Below, in pieces: positions 16,978-26,887 of a stretch of 32,013 bases of DNA (the stretch's first letter is position 1; every line of letters starts with the position of its first letter). The stretch lies in the NCBI GenBank assembly GCA_019058015.1, contig JAHLWH010000138.1, forward strand, positions 1-32,013, given 5' to 3'. This DNA is from Promethearchaeota archaeon. GTDB lineage: Archaea; Asgardarchaeota; Lokiarchaeia; Sigyniarchaeales; SOKP01. The notes beneath the pieces are model-generated. The model was given only the letters and a program-made list of their open reading frames with translations. It was not told where the DNA came from and ran no database searches. The translations under genes and the position numbers were made by a program.

Positions 16978-17979
16978 ATGGTAAAGCGTGTAGCTATCAA
17001 CGGTTTTGGACGTATTGGCAGAAATTTTTTCAGAGCTGCTTGGGGAAATCCCGGTCTTGAGATTGTTAGTATTAACGATCTCTTTGCCCCAGAATATCTA
17101 GCATATGTGTTAAAATATGACTCTGTATTTGGTCGCTTTAAAGGAGATATCAAACACACTGAGAATAGCCTAATAATCGATGGACGCGAGATACCCATAA
17201 CGGCAGAACGAGATCCTGCAAATCTTCCTCACGCAAGTAACAATATTGATGTCGTATTAGAATCAACGGGATTTTTCACTAAGCGAGATGGAGCAGCAAA
17301 ACATCTTGCTGCTGGAGCAAAAAAAGTCCTAATTAGTGCTCCTGCCACCGATCCTGATGTCACTGTAGTCATTGGAGTAAATGATGATATAATAAAAGAT
17401 GAACATAAAATTATCAGCAATGCGAGTTGTACTACCAATTGTTTAGGCCCAGTAACTAAAGTACTACATGATAATTTTACTATTTCTAGCGGATTTATGA
17501 CAACCATTCACTCTTATACCGGAGATCAAAGAACAGTAGACACAGCTCGAAAAGATTCTCCAATTAAAATGACTCGTGGAAGAGGTGCGGCTGCAAATAT
17601 GATACCAACCAGTACAGGTGCTGCAAAAGCAATTGGTGTAGTAATTCCTGATTTACAAGGGAAGATAGATGGTGTAGCGGTTCGTGTGCCAACTCCAGAT
17701 GGTAGTGTTGTAGATTTAACGGTTGTAGTTGAGAAGGATGTGAGCGTAGATGCTGTAAATTCTGCCATGAAAGCGGCAGCAGAAGGTCCACTAAAAGATA
17801 TTCTCGAATATACTGAAGACCCGATTGTTTCAAGTGATGTTATTGGTAATCCTCACAGTTCTGTCTTTAGCGCTATGATGACTAAGGTTATTGGTAAAAC
17901 TGTCAAAATATTTTCATGGTATGATAATGAATGGGGCTATTCCATGAGATGTGTTGATTTAATTGTAAATAAATTATAA
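16978..17979 (+). CDS. gap: Class I (bacterial/eukaryotic-type) glyceraldehyde-3-phosphate dehydrogenase
   Basis: VAINGFGRIGR, ESTGFF, NASCTTNCL, PTSTGAAKA, RVPT and WYDNEWGYS. Confidence 0.96.
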   Translation: MVKRVAINGFGRIGRNFFRAAWGNPGLEIVSINDLFAPEYLAYVLKYDSVFGRFKGDIKHTENSLIIDGREIPITAERDPANLPHASNNIDVVLESTGFFTKRDGAAKHLAAGAKKVLISAPATDPDVTVVIGVNDDIIKDEHKIISNASCTTNCLGPVTKVLHDNFTISSGFMTTIHSYTGDQRTVDTARKDSPIKMTRGRGAAANMIPTSTGAAKAIGVVIPDLQGKIDGVAVRVPTPDGSVVDLTVVVEKDVSVDAVNSAMKAAAEGPLKDILEYTEDPIVSSDVIGNPHSSVFSAMMTKVIGKTVKIFSWYDNEWGYSMRCVDLIVNKL

Positions 17980-18248
17980 AATAGAACAAATTTCTTTTAT
18001 TTTTATTTTTTCTTTTTTTTATTTTTAAATTTAATTAATTTAATTATGAGTCTATTAAAAATAGTAGAATTTTATTTTATATTGATACTCAAGAATATGA
18101 AACAATGATTAAGGAGATTATTAATAGGATATTTTTACAAGGCAATATATTAATTAGGTTTTTAAGTATATATATAAGTTAAACTTAATATTACAATAAC
18201 TAAATTTCAATAAATAAAAAATCAAAATTTTAAAAGAAGTGAAATTAT

Positions 18249-18638
18249 ATGGCAGAAAAAGAAGTATCAAAAGTGTTAAAAATAACATTCCTCGTCCATT
18301 TTGTTGTAGCTGTTATATTGGGTTTTTTCTACTTGTTTTTACCAGATGAATTTGTGGCTTTGTTTAGTTGGCCTTATTCTGACCCGGTAGCAACCCGAAT
18401 GCTTGGTGCAGCTTTTCTAGGTTTTGGAATCAGTTCATTATTGGGATCAAGGATATCTGATTGGGAAAAAGTTAAGATTGTAGTAGTAATGGAAATAGTC
18501 TGGCTCGCTGTGGCTTTTGTGGTTATGCTTTTGAGTGTAATTATAGCTGGCACAGGATTGGGAGGCTTATTATTTGTTTTTATAAGTGCTGCATTTTTAG
18601 GATTATTCATATTCTCCTATTTCCAAACAACATGGTAA
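18249..18638 (+). CDS. Hypothetical 4-TM membrane protein
   Basis: 129-aa hydrophobic ORF containing WPYSDPVATRMLGAA. Confidence 0.7.
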   Translation: MAEKEVSKVLKITFLVHFVVAVILGFFYLFLPDEFVALFSWPYSDPVATRMLGAAFLGFGISSLLGSRISDWEKVKIVVVMEIVWLAVAFVVMLLSVIIAGTGLGGLLFVFISAAFLGLFIFSYFQTTW

Positions 18639-18688
18639 AACAAATTAAAAACATTTAAATAAATTTTTTATTACTCTTTTCTTTTTTT

Positions 18689-20125
18689 TTAGAGATTCAT
18701 AACATCGCGCCTGTATTTTGCCATATCAATAACTTCTCCTTCAAGTCTTGACTTTTCCGCGGCAAATGCCATTATGTGGCTTTCAAGAGAAGCTTGAGCA
18801 TCTGTAAGAGGTTTTGAAATATTATGTTTCATTAAATCTACAAATGCATTCATAAGTCCGGTATCCCCTCCGCCATGTCCAGTTAGTTCCAGATGTCCTT
18901 CAAATATTTTTTCTTTCTTTCCAGAAAATTTATCATAGAGCCAGATTTGTTCTCCCGAAAATAAAAATTCTCCAATTAATGTTGCCTTAGTCCCATCAAT
19001 TCGAATACTTCTTCCTTCGAAGGCTGAATGACCATGAACAGTGAGATTTGCTGTTACTCCATTTTCAAATTCTATATTAACTGTTTGGTGATCAACTACA
19101 TTATTATCGCAATGATACACACATCTCCCATAAGGGCCTTCTTTAAGTGCTTTCATTTTTCCCTCATAGGTTAAATCATCTGTAATCACACTTACTGGCC
19201 ATCCATTCCATTCAACGGCATCTTTAAGCGGTGGGATTATTTTACTTAAGATTTTTACTGTAGTTCTGTGTTTAATTGCAAGCCATGCAAAAAATTTTAT
19301 GATTTTAATGTCGCAATCCAAACCCACCCGAAATAAAGGCGTATTATCTATATAAATAAAGGGAGCATAAAAAATACATTTATCGGCATAAGGACAACCA
19401 TCTAGGCAACGCTTAGGTGCACCTTCAGGAGCATTTTCTTTTTTATAATATAATAGATTTCCAAATGAACTAATTTTTTTTGGTGGGACTCCAACCATCC
19501 AATACAATAAATCCAAATCATGACAGCATTTAGCAAGGATCATTGGGGAAGATATCTCAGAATTTCTCCAGTTTCCTCGTATATAAGAGTGACTATAATG
19601 AAAATAAGATACATTTTCTTTACATTCAATATTAATTACTTTGCCTAATTTTCCACTTTGTATAGTATCATAAATTGTAGAATAAAAATCGGTATATCTC
19701 AACACATGACAGATTTGGAGGTGCTTACCGGTTTTTTGAGCTTTATTGACAAGTTGAATACACTCCTCTAAGTTATTTGCCATAGGTTTTTCTAATAAAA
19801 CATCATATCCTTGTTCCATAGCGAGTAATGCCGGTTGGGTATGCATATTATCTTGTGTAGTAATAATTGCAGCATCCGCAAATTTGTCCTTCGCTAAAAT
19901 TTCTTCCCATGAGTTAAAACTTCTTTTTTCTGGAATATTATGAATTTTTGCAAAATTTTTACGTTTTGCTTCATTTGGTTCTGCGATACCAATGATTTGT
20001 ATTTTATCCTTATTACTTTCCGCATATCTTCCATAAGCATCACGACCACGCTGTCCAGCACCACAAACTATGGCAGTAATTGGTGTTTCCATTTTTCTCA
20101 TCTTAATTTTAATTATAAAAACCAT
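18689..20125 (-). CDS. Gfo/Idh/MocA-family oxidoreductase
   Basis: GAGQRG, LLEKPMA, CHVLRY, HSYIRGNW, LAKCCHDLD and GHGGGD. The true start is probably ATG 20101 or 20092. Confidence 0.9.
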   Translation of the reverse strand: MVFIIKIKMRKMETPITAIVCGAGQRGRDAYGRYAESNKDKIQIIGIAEPNEAKRKNFAKIHNIPEKRSFNSWEEILAKDKFADAAIITTQDNMHTQPALLAMEQGYDVLLEKPMANNLEECIQLVNKAQKTGKHLQICHVLRYTDFYSTIYDTIQSGKLGKVINIECKENVSYFHYSHSYIRGNWRNSEISSPMILAKCCHDLDLLYWMVGVPPKKISSFGNLLYYKKENAPEGAPKRCLDGCPYADKCIFYAPFIYIDNTPLFRVGLDCDIKIIKFFAWLAIKHRTTVKILSKIIPPLKDAVEWNGWPVSVITDDLTYEGKMKALKEGPYGRCVYHCDNNVVDHQTVNIEFENGVTANLTVHGHSAFEGRSIRIDGTKATLIGEFLFSGEQIWLYDKFSGKKEKIFEGHLELTGHGGGDTGLMNAFVDLMKHNISKPLTDAQASLESHIMAFAAEKSRLEGEVIDMAKYRRDVMNL

Positions 20126-20279
20126 TAATTAGAATTTATAATTTTTGTTAAGATTTATCAATTTCATTAATTAATTACTAAAAAGAGTTTGAACTTATAG
20201 AAATTAGAAAAAAATAATTTAAATAATAATTAATTAGAATAAAAAATAAGAAAAAGTAATTGCTTTAAGGGATAAAAAT

Positions 20280-20588
20280 ATGAAAATTACGGCAATATTA
20301 TGGGGTATTGTTTTTTTATTTGCAGCAGCGTTTTTTTTTATCGTGTTTACATGGCTTCTTGTTTTTTTATGGCCTAGTATTGAAGTGGATATAGCATTAA
20401 CATTATTTTCAATCTTATTTTATATTATTGCAATATTGGTTGGACTTATTTTTGTAGCAGCAATGGGCAGGTGTTTCTATAACGCTAAAACGGGAGATAT
20501 TGGGATTGCCAAATGGATTAAGATTTTTGGTCTAATTGCACTTGCCTTTTTCGCATTATTTATTTTACTTTGGTTATTTCTTCCTTAA
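20280..20588 (+). CDS. Hypothetical 3-TM membrane protein
   Basis: 102-aa hydrophobic ORF with an SD-like AGGGA. Confidence 0.65.
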   Translation: MKITAILWGIVFLFAAAFFFIVFTWLLVFLWPSIEVDIALTLFSILFYIIAILVGLIFVAAMGRCFYNAKTGDIGIAKWIKIFGLIALAFFALFILLWLFLP

Positions 20589-20658
20589 AGTAGGAAATTA
20601 ACAGAAACTAATACTAAAAATTATATAACTCTTAAATTAAATTAATTATGTAAAAGAA

Positions 20659-21624
20659 TTGATGTATGAAAAAAAAGTCCAATTATCTCAAGAGTTAATA
20701 GCCCTAATTAATTCTCAATCAGAAGATTATTGGTTTAAATATGTTTTAAAATCTAAGCCCCATGAAATTAAAGAAAAAATCACTGAAGATTACATACTTT
20801 CAAGAGGATTAAACCTACACATAGATATATATGAGCAAGAACAGGAAGTTCCAACAATAATATTCATTCATGGGACTTCAGTTTATTCACGCTTCTATGC
20901 AGATTTTTTATATCAATTATGGCTGGAAGGATTAAGAATAATAGCTTTGGATCTTCAAGGTCATGGTCGAAGTGAAGGAAGACGTGGTAATTTTACAATT
21001 GAACAGCTAGTAGAAAACATTTATGATACAACAAGTTCTGTTTTTAATAAATACAAATCAAAAATCGGTATAATGGGTTCAAGTTTGGGTGGAATTTTAT
21101 CACTTTATGCCACAGCAAATGATTCAAGAATAAATTCATGTATTTGTCATAATGCTGCAATATTTAACGAAATGGCGCATAAAAAAATAGTAAAAGGAAA
21201 TTTAAAAGTAAAATTATTAAAACTTTTTATCCCTTTTTTTGCTAAACTGATGCCCAATAAAAAATTTAGTGTTTGGACATATTTAGATTTGAATAAATTA
21301 ATCTCACTTGAGGATCTAAAGGAAATGGGTAATTATTTATTAAATGACAATTTATTGGCAGATAAATATACTTTAAGGTCAGTTCGAACTCAAATGATTG
21401 CCCCGTTAGCAAAACCGATAGAAGAAATCTCAACTCCAATTATGATTATAAATGGAGATAATGATTATTTATTCAGTGTTGAATACATGACCGAAATATT
21501 TGAGAGAATTAATTCGAAAAAAAAGTTAGATATAATCCCAAATAGCGGTCATTTAATTTTTCAAGAAAAAATAGAAGAGAGCCTTCAAAGGACTCTCAAT
21601 TGGTTTAATGAAACCTTGTATTAA
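20659..21624 (+). CDS. Alpha/beta hydrolase (lysophospholipase-like)
   Basis: FIHG, DLQGHGRSEG, GSSLGG, GDND and SGH catalytic-triad motifs. Confidence 0.88.
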   Translation: MMYEKKVQLSQELIALINSQSEDYWFKYVLKSKPHEIKEKITEDYILSRGLNLHIDIYEQEQEVPTIIFIHGTSVYSRFYADFLYQLWLEGLRIIALDLQGHGRSEGRRGNFTIEQLVENIYDTTSSVFNKYKSKIGIMGSSLGGILSLYATANDSRINSCICHNAAIFNEMAHKKIVKGNLKVKLLKLFIPFFAKLMPNKKFSVWTYLDLNKLISLEDLKEMGNYLLNDNLLADKYTLRSVRTQMIAPLAKPIEEISTPIMIINGDNDYLFSVEYMTEIFERINSKKKLDIIPNSGHLIFQEKIEESLQRTLNWFNETLY

Positions 21625-21643
21625 AAATTAAAATTTTGTATTT

Positions 21644-22450
21644 TTATCCTCGAAATCTTTTTTGCAATGTTTTTCCATGTAATTTGAATGACAAAAATAG
21701 AAAGCCAAAACCAAAGAGAAATAAAATACCGAAATCAAGTAGTAATCCAAACGATCCGAATGCACTATTTCCTGATAACCCGAAATTTATAATGTCTATA
21801 AAATAAGTCAGCGGAGATATCATTGCACTGGGTACAGATTCAATTGGCATAAAAAGTGGGCTTATAAAGATTAGTGGAAATTTGATTATTACCGTTAAAA
21901 TCATAGTACTTGCAGGTGTATCTGATGGCGGGACTGATAAAATGATGCTAATACAGGAAAATGAAAATGATGACACAAGAATTCCAATAATAATAATTAC
22001 CAAATTTAGCGAACTCCAAAATGAAAAAATTAAAAGACCTAATATTAAAGGAGCAATTGAAATAATCGAACCAAATAGAAATGAAGCCCAAACATCTCCT
22101 AATATAATTGTTTTTATTGAAATTGGACAAGTTATTAATCTTTCGAGGGTTTTTTGTCTTGTTTCCCATGGAAAAGCTATAGGTCCAATAGATGTTGCAG
22201 ATAAAAAGAGAACCATCGCCATTAATCCTGAAATAATATAAATAGGAAGTATCTCTCGTCCAATTGTCATTGCAACAAATAATATCACCGGAAATAAAAA
22301 TCCTTGAATTACTACTGGTCCTTTATTATAATAAATCCTTAAATTTTTTTTCGCAATAGCAATAGATCTTTTCATTTGGGAACTAAATTGTTCAATCTTT
22401 GATTTTTTAGGAAATATTGATTCTTCTTTAATTTTAACCACCTCTTTCAA
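21644..22450 (-). CDS. ABC-2 type exporter permease
   Basis: WETRQKTLERLITCPIS, FISPLFMP and SPLTY, about 6 TM segments. Confidence 0.88.
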   Translation of the reverse strand: MKEVVKIKEESIFPKKSKIEQFSSQMKRSIAIAKKNLRIYYNKGPVVIQGFLFPVILFVAMTIGREILPIYIISGLMAMVLFLSATSIGPIAFPWETRQKTLERLITCPISIKTIILGDVWASFLFGSIISIAPLILGLLIFSFWSSLNLVIIIIGILVSSFSFSCISIILSVPPSDTPASTMILTVIIKFPLIFISPLFMPIESVPSAMISPLTYFIDIINFGLSGNSAFGSFGLLLDFGILFLFGFGFLFLSFKLHGKTLQKRFRG

Positions 22451-23357
22451 TTATCTTTAAAAATACTTCTTCTAAACGAGGTTGATGAGTATTTAATTGT
22501 TTTATTTCTAATTTATTTGTTTTTGCAAAATCTGTAATTTGTATAATAGCTTGATTCACTTCATAAACAATAACGGAAAAACCGTCCTTAACTTTCTTTA
22601 CTTTTTTTATTGAACTTAATCTTTCGAATTCTTCTTTATTAATATCTTGATTGAAAGAGACATCAATTTCTTGAAATTCTTGAAATAATTTCTTGAGATT
22701 CTCTGGAGTATCTAAACTTACAATCTTTCCTTTATTTATTACAGCTATTCGATCGCATAATTCATTGGCAACTTCCATATCATGAGTTGTTAAAAAAATC
22801 GTCGTGCCATTCTGGTTATATTCTTTTATTAATTGCTTTATTATTTTAGCACTTTGAACATCTAATCCAACAATGGGTTCATCAAGAAATAAAATTATCG
22901 GATCATTCATGAGCGCCATACATAATAACAATCGTTGCTTCATGCCTTTTGAATATTTTCTCGTTTTAAAATCCCGTTTTTCAAATAGTTCAAATTGTTT
23001 TAACAATTTTTCAGCGCGTTCTTTATTGCTTTTTTTTGGTACACCATACAATTCACCTATTAACGTTAAATTTTGCATACCTGTAAGATCTGGATAAACA
23101 TTTGCCATTTCAGGGACATTTCCAATAATTTGCTTAATAGGAATAGGATCTTTCCATACATTTTTTTCAAAAATTTTAATTTGCCCATTTGTTGGTTTTA
23201 GTACTCCAGTCATCATTCTAATTGTAGTTGTTTTACCTGCTCCATTGGGACCTAAAAAACCAAATATTTCACTTTCATTCACGGAAAAATTAACTTTATC
23301 TACAGCATGGACCTGACCAAAATATTTCGAAAGATTTTCAACTTCAATAACATTCAT
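22434..23357 (-). CDS. ABC exporter ATP-binding protein (DrrA-like)
   Basis: GPNGAGKTT, YSKGMKQR, LFLDEP and TTHDM. Confidence 0.93.
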   Translation of the reverse strand: MNVIEVENLSKYFGQVHAVDKVNFSVNESEIFGFLGPNGAGKTTTIRMMTGVLKPTNGQIKIFEKNVWKDPIPIKQIIGNVPEMANVYPDLTGMQNLTLIGELYGVPKKSNKERAEKLLKQFELFEKRDFKTRKYSKGMKQRLLLCMALMNDPIILFLDEPIVGLDVQSAKIIKQLIKEYNQNGTTIFLTTHDMEVANELCDRIAVINKGKIVSLDTPENLKKLFQEFQEIDVSFNQDINKEEFERLSSIKKVKKVKDGFSVIVYEVNQAIIQITDFAKTNKLEIKQLNTHQPRLEEVFLKIIERGG

Positions 23358-23435
23358 TCTATATGTTCTCCTCTAATTTCTTATAATTTTTTATAAAATC
23401 TATGCTTTAAGTTTTTCTAAAAAAAATTAAAAATT

Positions 23436-23594
23436 CTATATCTTCCCTTCTTTCTTCAATTTCTCAAAGAATTCTTGTCCATGACACTTTATGATTTGAT
23501 TTTCCGAGCATTGTCCATCTTCGAAGCCATCCCGAATTTCAGGTTTATCGCATTCACAATCATCAGTATGTGATTTTTCATTTTTATCAACCAT
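23436..23594 (-). CDS. Small 52-aa Cys/His-containing protein
   Basis: Not in the track: MVDKNEKSHTDDCECDKPEIRDGFEDGQCSENQIIKCHGQEFFEKLKKEGKI*. It is the first gene before the ABC pair and divergent from HxlR. Confidence 0.7.
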   Translation of the reverse strand: MVDKNEKSHTDDCECDKPEIRDGFEDGQCSENQIIKCHGQEFFEKLKKEGKI

Positions 23595-23640
23595 TTTTTA
23601 TTCTTTCCAAAAATTTTTTAATATTATTTATACTATATTA

Positions 23641-23674
23641 AGTGAAGTATTTAAACTTCAAAGAGTGAAGTATT
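23641..23674. promoter_or_regulatory. Operator candidate for the HxlR regulator
   Basis: Dyad TGAAGT-atttaa-ACTTCA (23643-23660) and direct repeat AGTGAAGTATT at 23641 and 23664. Confidence 0.5.
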
Positions 23675-23742
23675 GAAGTAAATGCGAATAACGGAATTAA
23701 CTATCTGAAACTAAAGTGTAAGAAAAAAGGAGGTATTTTATA

Positions 23743-24141
23743 ATGGATCAAGATATTAAAGATGAAACACAGGAAGAGCCACTCCGTTGGCACTGTCTTC
23801 AGCATAAGGACACACATAATTGTCAAGATGAGTGTTATTTTCAAACTGCAGTATCCTTATTTGGAAAAAAGCATACAATGAGTATTATACGCTTGTTATT
23901 AATTCATGATAAATTACGCTTTAATGAGATATTAAAAAAATTATCTGCAAGTCCTAAAACTATTACTGAACGTTTGAAAGATCTGAAAAAACATGGTTTA
24001 ATAGATAGAAAAGTATTTAATGAAATACCAATTAGGGTTGAATATTCTTTAACTAAGCAGGGAAGATCACTGGAAGATATATTTGAGCGAATTTCCATTT
24101 GGTCAAAGAATATAGTCTCAGAATCATGGGCTCAAAAATAA
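23743..24141 (+). CDS. HxlR-family winged-helix regulator
   Basis: CYFQTAVSLFGKKH...LRFNEI...SPKTITERLKDL...PIRVEYSLT. Confidence 0.9.
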   Translation: MDQDIKDETQEEPLRWHCLQHKDTHNCQDECYFQTAVSLFGKKHTMSIIRLLLIHDKLRFNEILKKLSASPKTITERLKDLKKHGLIDRKVFNEIPIRVEYSLTKQGRSLEDIFERISIWSKNIVSESWAQK

Positions 24142-24294
24142 TTTCTTAAAAAAAATTTTTTTAACTTTGATTTTCTCTAATCTGTAAATAGTAGTAGGTT
24201 TTTAATTAATCAAATATAATTTCTAAATAATATTTGAAAAATAATAGTACTAATAGATATAATGAGGGGATTTTAAATCAGATCAAGTAAACTA

Positions 24295-25137
24295 ATGTCT
24301 TTAGAAGAAGCCATTTCAACCTATGTTCAAAATGGTGACCTTATAGGTATTGGAGGACTTTCTTTTTGGAGGAAACCAGCAAGTGCTTGTAGAGAAATAA
24401 TTAGGCAAGAGAAAAAAGATCTTTCAATTTGCACTTTTGTTGGAGGGATTGAAGTTGATATGCTTATTGGTGCCGGATGTATTTCTGAGGTTAGAGCCTC
24501 ATTTGTAGGAATGGAAGTTTTTGGAATGGCTCCTCATTATAGAAAGGCTGTTGAGGCGGGAAAAGTTAATATTTCCGAAGAAAGTGAAGCCTCACTCGCC
24601 CTAGGGCTTAAATGTTCTTATTTAAAGGTACCTTTTATGCCCTTAAAAGGGATAATTGGAACGGATTTTCCAAAAGTAAGGAAGGACATAAAACAATTCG
24701 AAGATCCTTTAGGTTCAGGCACCCAATTAATGGCATTACCTAAAATCGATCTAGATGTCGCTATTTTATATGTGCCATATGCTGATGAATTTGGAAATGG
24801 AAATATTGCTGGAGCTGTTTGGCTTGATGATGATATGGCAAAAACTGCTAAAAAAACCATCATAATATGTGAAAAATTGGTCGAAACCGAAGATATTCGT
24901 TATCTCCCCGGAAAAGCCCAATTACCCATGCAAACAACAGACGCTGTTGTGAAAATTCCATTTGGTGCTCATCCCACTTCGTGCTACAATCGCTACACAT
25001 TCGATGCTCTACATATTCAAGAATATCTCAAAATGGAATTTGATGAATATAAACGCAAATTTATTGATGTTAAATCTCACGCTCAATACTTAGAAAATGC
25101 AGGGGGGGCACAGATGATTTTAAATATATTATTATAA
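24295..25137 (+). CDS. Family I CoA-transferase subunit A (GctA-like)
   Basis: MSLEEAI..VQNGDLIGIGG, DMLIGAG, VPFMP, ADEFGN and PFGAHPT. Confidence 0.88.
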   Translation: MSLEEAISTYVQNGDLIGIGGLSFWRKPASACREIIRQEKKDLSICTFVGGIEVDMLIGAGCISEVRASFVGMEVFGMAPHYRKAVEAGKVNISEESEASLALGLKCSYLKVPFMPLKGIIGTDFPKVRKDIKQFEDPLGSGTQLMALPKIDLDVAILYVPYADEFGNGNIAGAVWLDDDMAKTAKKTIIICEKLVETEDIRYLPGKAQLPMQTTDAVVKIPFGAHPTSCYNRYTFDALHIQEYLKMEFDEYKRKFIDVKSHAQYLENAGGAQMILNILL

Positions 25138-25169
25138 TAAAATAAAAATAGAATAAAGGGTGTATATGA

Positions 25170-25967
25170 TTGAGTAAAACTGGTAAAAACAATAAAACTT
25201 TAGAATTGATTAAGAACAGAAGGACTATTCGAACATATGATCCTAAACCACTTACTCAAGAAGAAATTAATATGGTTATATACGGAGCAATGAGAGCTCC
25301 TACAGCAGGTAACATGATGTTCTATTCCATTATTCAAGTAACTGATCAAAAAATGAAAGATAAATTGGTAATAACATGTGATAATCAGCCCCATATCGCA
25401 AAAGCTCCCTTGGTTTTGATTTTTCTAGCTGATATGCAACGATGGTGGGATTATTTCAAAATCTGTAAAACACGAGAATTATGCGATGAAATTGGCGTAG
25501 AATTTCAAACTCCACAGGAATCTGATCTACTACTTGCCTGTTGTGATGCATTAATAGCAGCTCAAAATGCTGTTATAACAGCGGAGGCTTTAAGAATCGG
25601 TTCATGTTATATTGGTGATATTGTTGAAAATATTGAAATTCATCGTAAAATGTTTAATCTTACTCGATGGGTATTTCCTATAATAATGGTCTGTTTTGGG
25701 TACCCAAAAGGCAATAAAGAAAAGATTCCTTTAACACCCAGATTTTCTCAAAAATTTATCCATTTTACCAACAAGTACAATAGATTAAATGAGCAAGATT
25801 TTACTGAAATGTTTCAAAATGTGAAGAGAAGTTATGATGTAAAACAAGCTAAGAATTTAGGACAAAAATTTTATTTTGCAAAGTTAGCGGCGGATTATTC
25901 TATGGAAATGCGACGATCAGTTAAAGTAGCTATTAAAGATTGGAGTATGAAAAATAATAATATGTAA
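25170..25967 (+). CDS. Nitroreductase / NADPH-flavin reductase (NfsA/Frp-like)
   Basis: RRTIRTY, RAPTAGN and DALIAAQNAVITAEALRIGSCYIG. Confidence 0.88.
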   Translation: MSKTGKNNKTLELIKNRRTIRTYDPKPLTQEEINMVIYGAMRAPTAGNMMFYSIIQVTDQKMKDKLVITCDNQPHIAKAPLVLIFLADMQRWWDYFKICKTRELCDEIGVEFQTPQESDLLLACCDALIAAQNAVITAEALRIGSCYIGDIVENIEIHRKMFNLTRWVFPIIMVCFGYPKGNKEKIPLTPRFSQKFIHFTNKYNRLNEQDFTEMFQNVKRSYDVKQAKNLGQKFYFAKLAADYSMEMRRSVKVAIKDWSMKNNNM

Positions 25968-26008
25968 ATTAAATTACTGAAAATATTTAATAAAAGAGGG
26001 ATAAAAGA

Positions 26009-26887
26009 ATGAGTGAATATTCAAAAGATTATACGATTGGTGAGATGATGACTGTTTTAATGGCTAGGGAAGTAAAAAATGACGATGTAATGATAGTTGG
26101 AGTAGCCACCCCATGTGTATGGGCTGCGTTCACATTAGCAAAATTAACTCATGCTCCAAATGCAATATATCATTATATTATGGGAAATACTTTTGTTTAT
26201 GAGCCTCGTCAGGTTTCATTGCTTTATTTAGAGATGAATACAGCAAGAGCATATAGATTTCAAAATACAGGTGAATGTACTCTGGAAAGCTTACCTTCGG
26301 ATAAACTTACTACAATTGAATTTTTTAGACCAGCACAAGTTGACCAATATGGAAATACAAACAATATTTGCATTGGTGATTGGAATAAACCAGAGATTAG
26401 ACTTCCAGGTTGCGCAGGAATCGCTGACTTTAGCATGTTTTATTCTCGTGGCTCTTTCCTTTACACACCAAGACATGATACACGAACTTTCGTTCCAACA
26501 GAGAAACTTTACTTTATCTCGGGAGTTGGTTTCCCTGACGGAAAGCCAAGCATTTGTGGCGGTGCTGGGCCCCAATGTGTAATAACTAATCTCGCATATT
26601 TAGATTTTAATGAAAACAGTAAGCGGATGAGAGTCGCAACAATTCATCCTGGTATAGACATTGAAACTGTTAAAAATTCTACTGGCTTTGATTTAATTAT
26701 TCCTGATAATGTAAAAGAAACGAACCCGCCTACTGTAAAAGAAATAAAACTTTTAAGAAAAAAAGTAGATCCATTAGGCATAAGGAAGTTAGAAATTCTC
26801 TCAGGTAAGGAACGAGAAGAATTATTAGATGAGATTATAGAAAAAGAATTAGCAATGAAAAAAAGGTTTCCGAATCTATTGAAATAA
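26009..26887 (+). CDS. Family I CoA-transferase subunit B (GctB-like)
   Basis: AQVDQYGNTN, RLPGCAG, VITNLA, IHPG, TGFDL and DPLG. Confidence 0.88.
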   Translation: MSEYSKDYTIGEMMTVLMAREVKNDDVMIVGVATPCVWAAFTLAKLTHAPNAIYHYIMGNTFVYEPRQVSLLYLEMNTARAYRFQNTGECTLESLPSDKLTTIEFFRPAQVDQYGNTNNICIGDWNKPEIRLPGCAGIADFSMFYSRGSFLYTPRHDTRTFVPTEKLYFISGVGFPDGKPSICGGAGPQCVITNLAYLDFNENSKRMRVATIHPGIDIETVKNSTGFDLIIPDNVKETNPPTVKEIKLLRKKVDPLGIRKLEILSGKEREELLDEIIEKELAMKKRFPNLLK

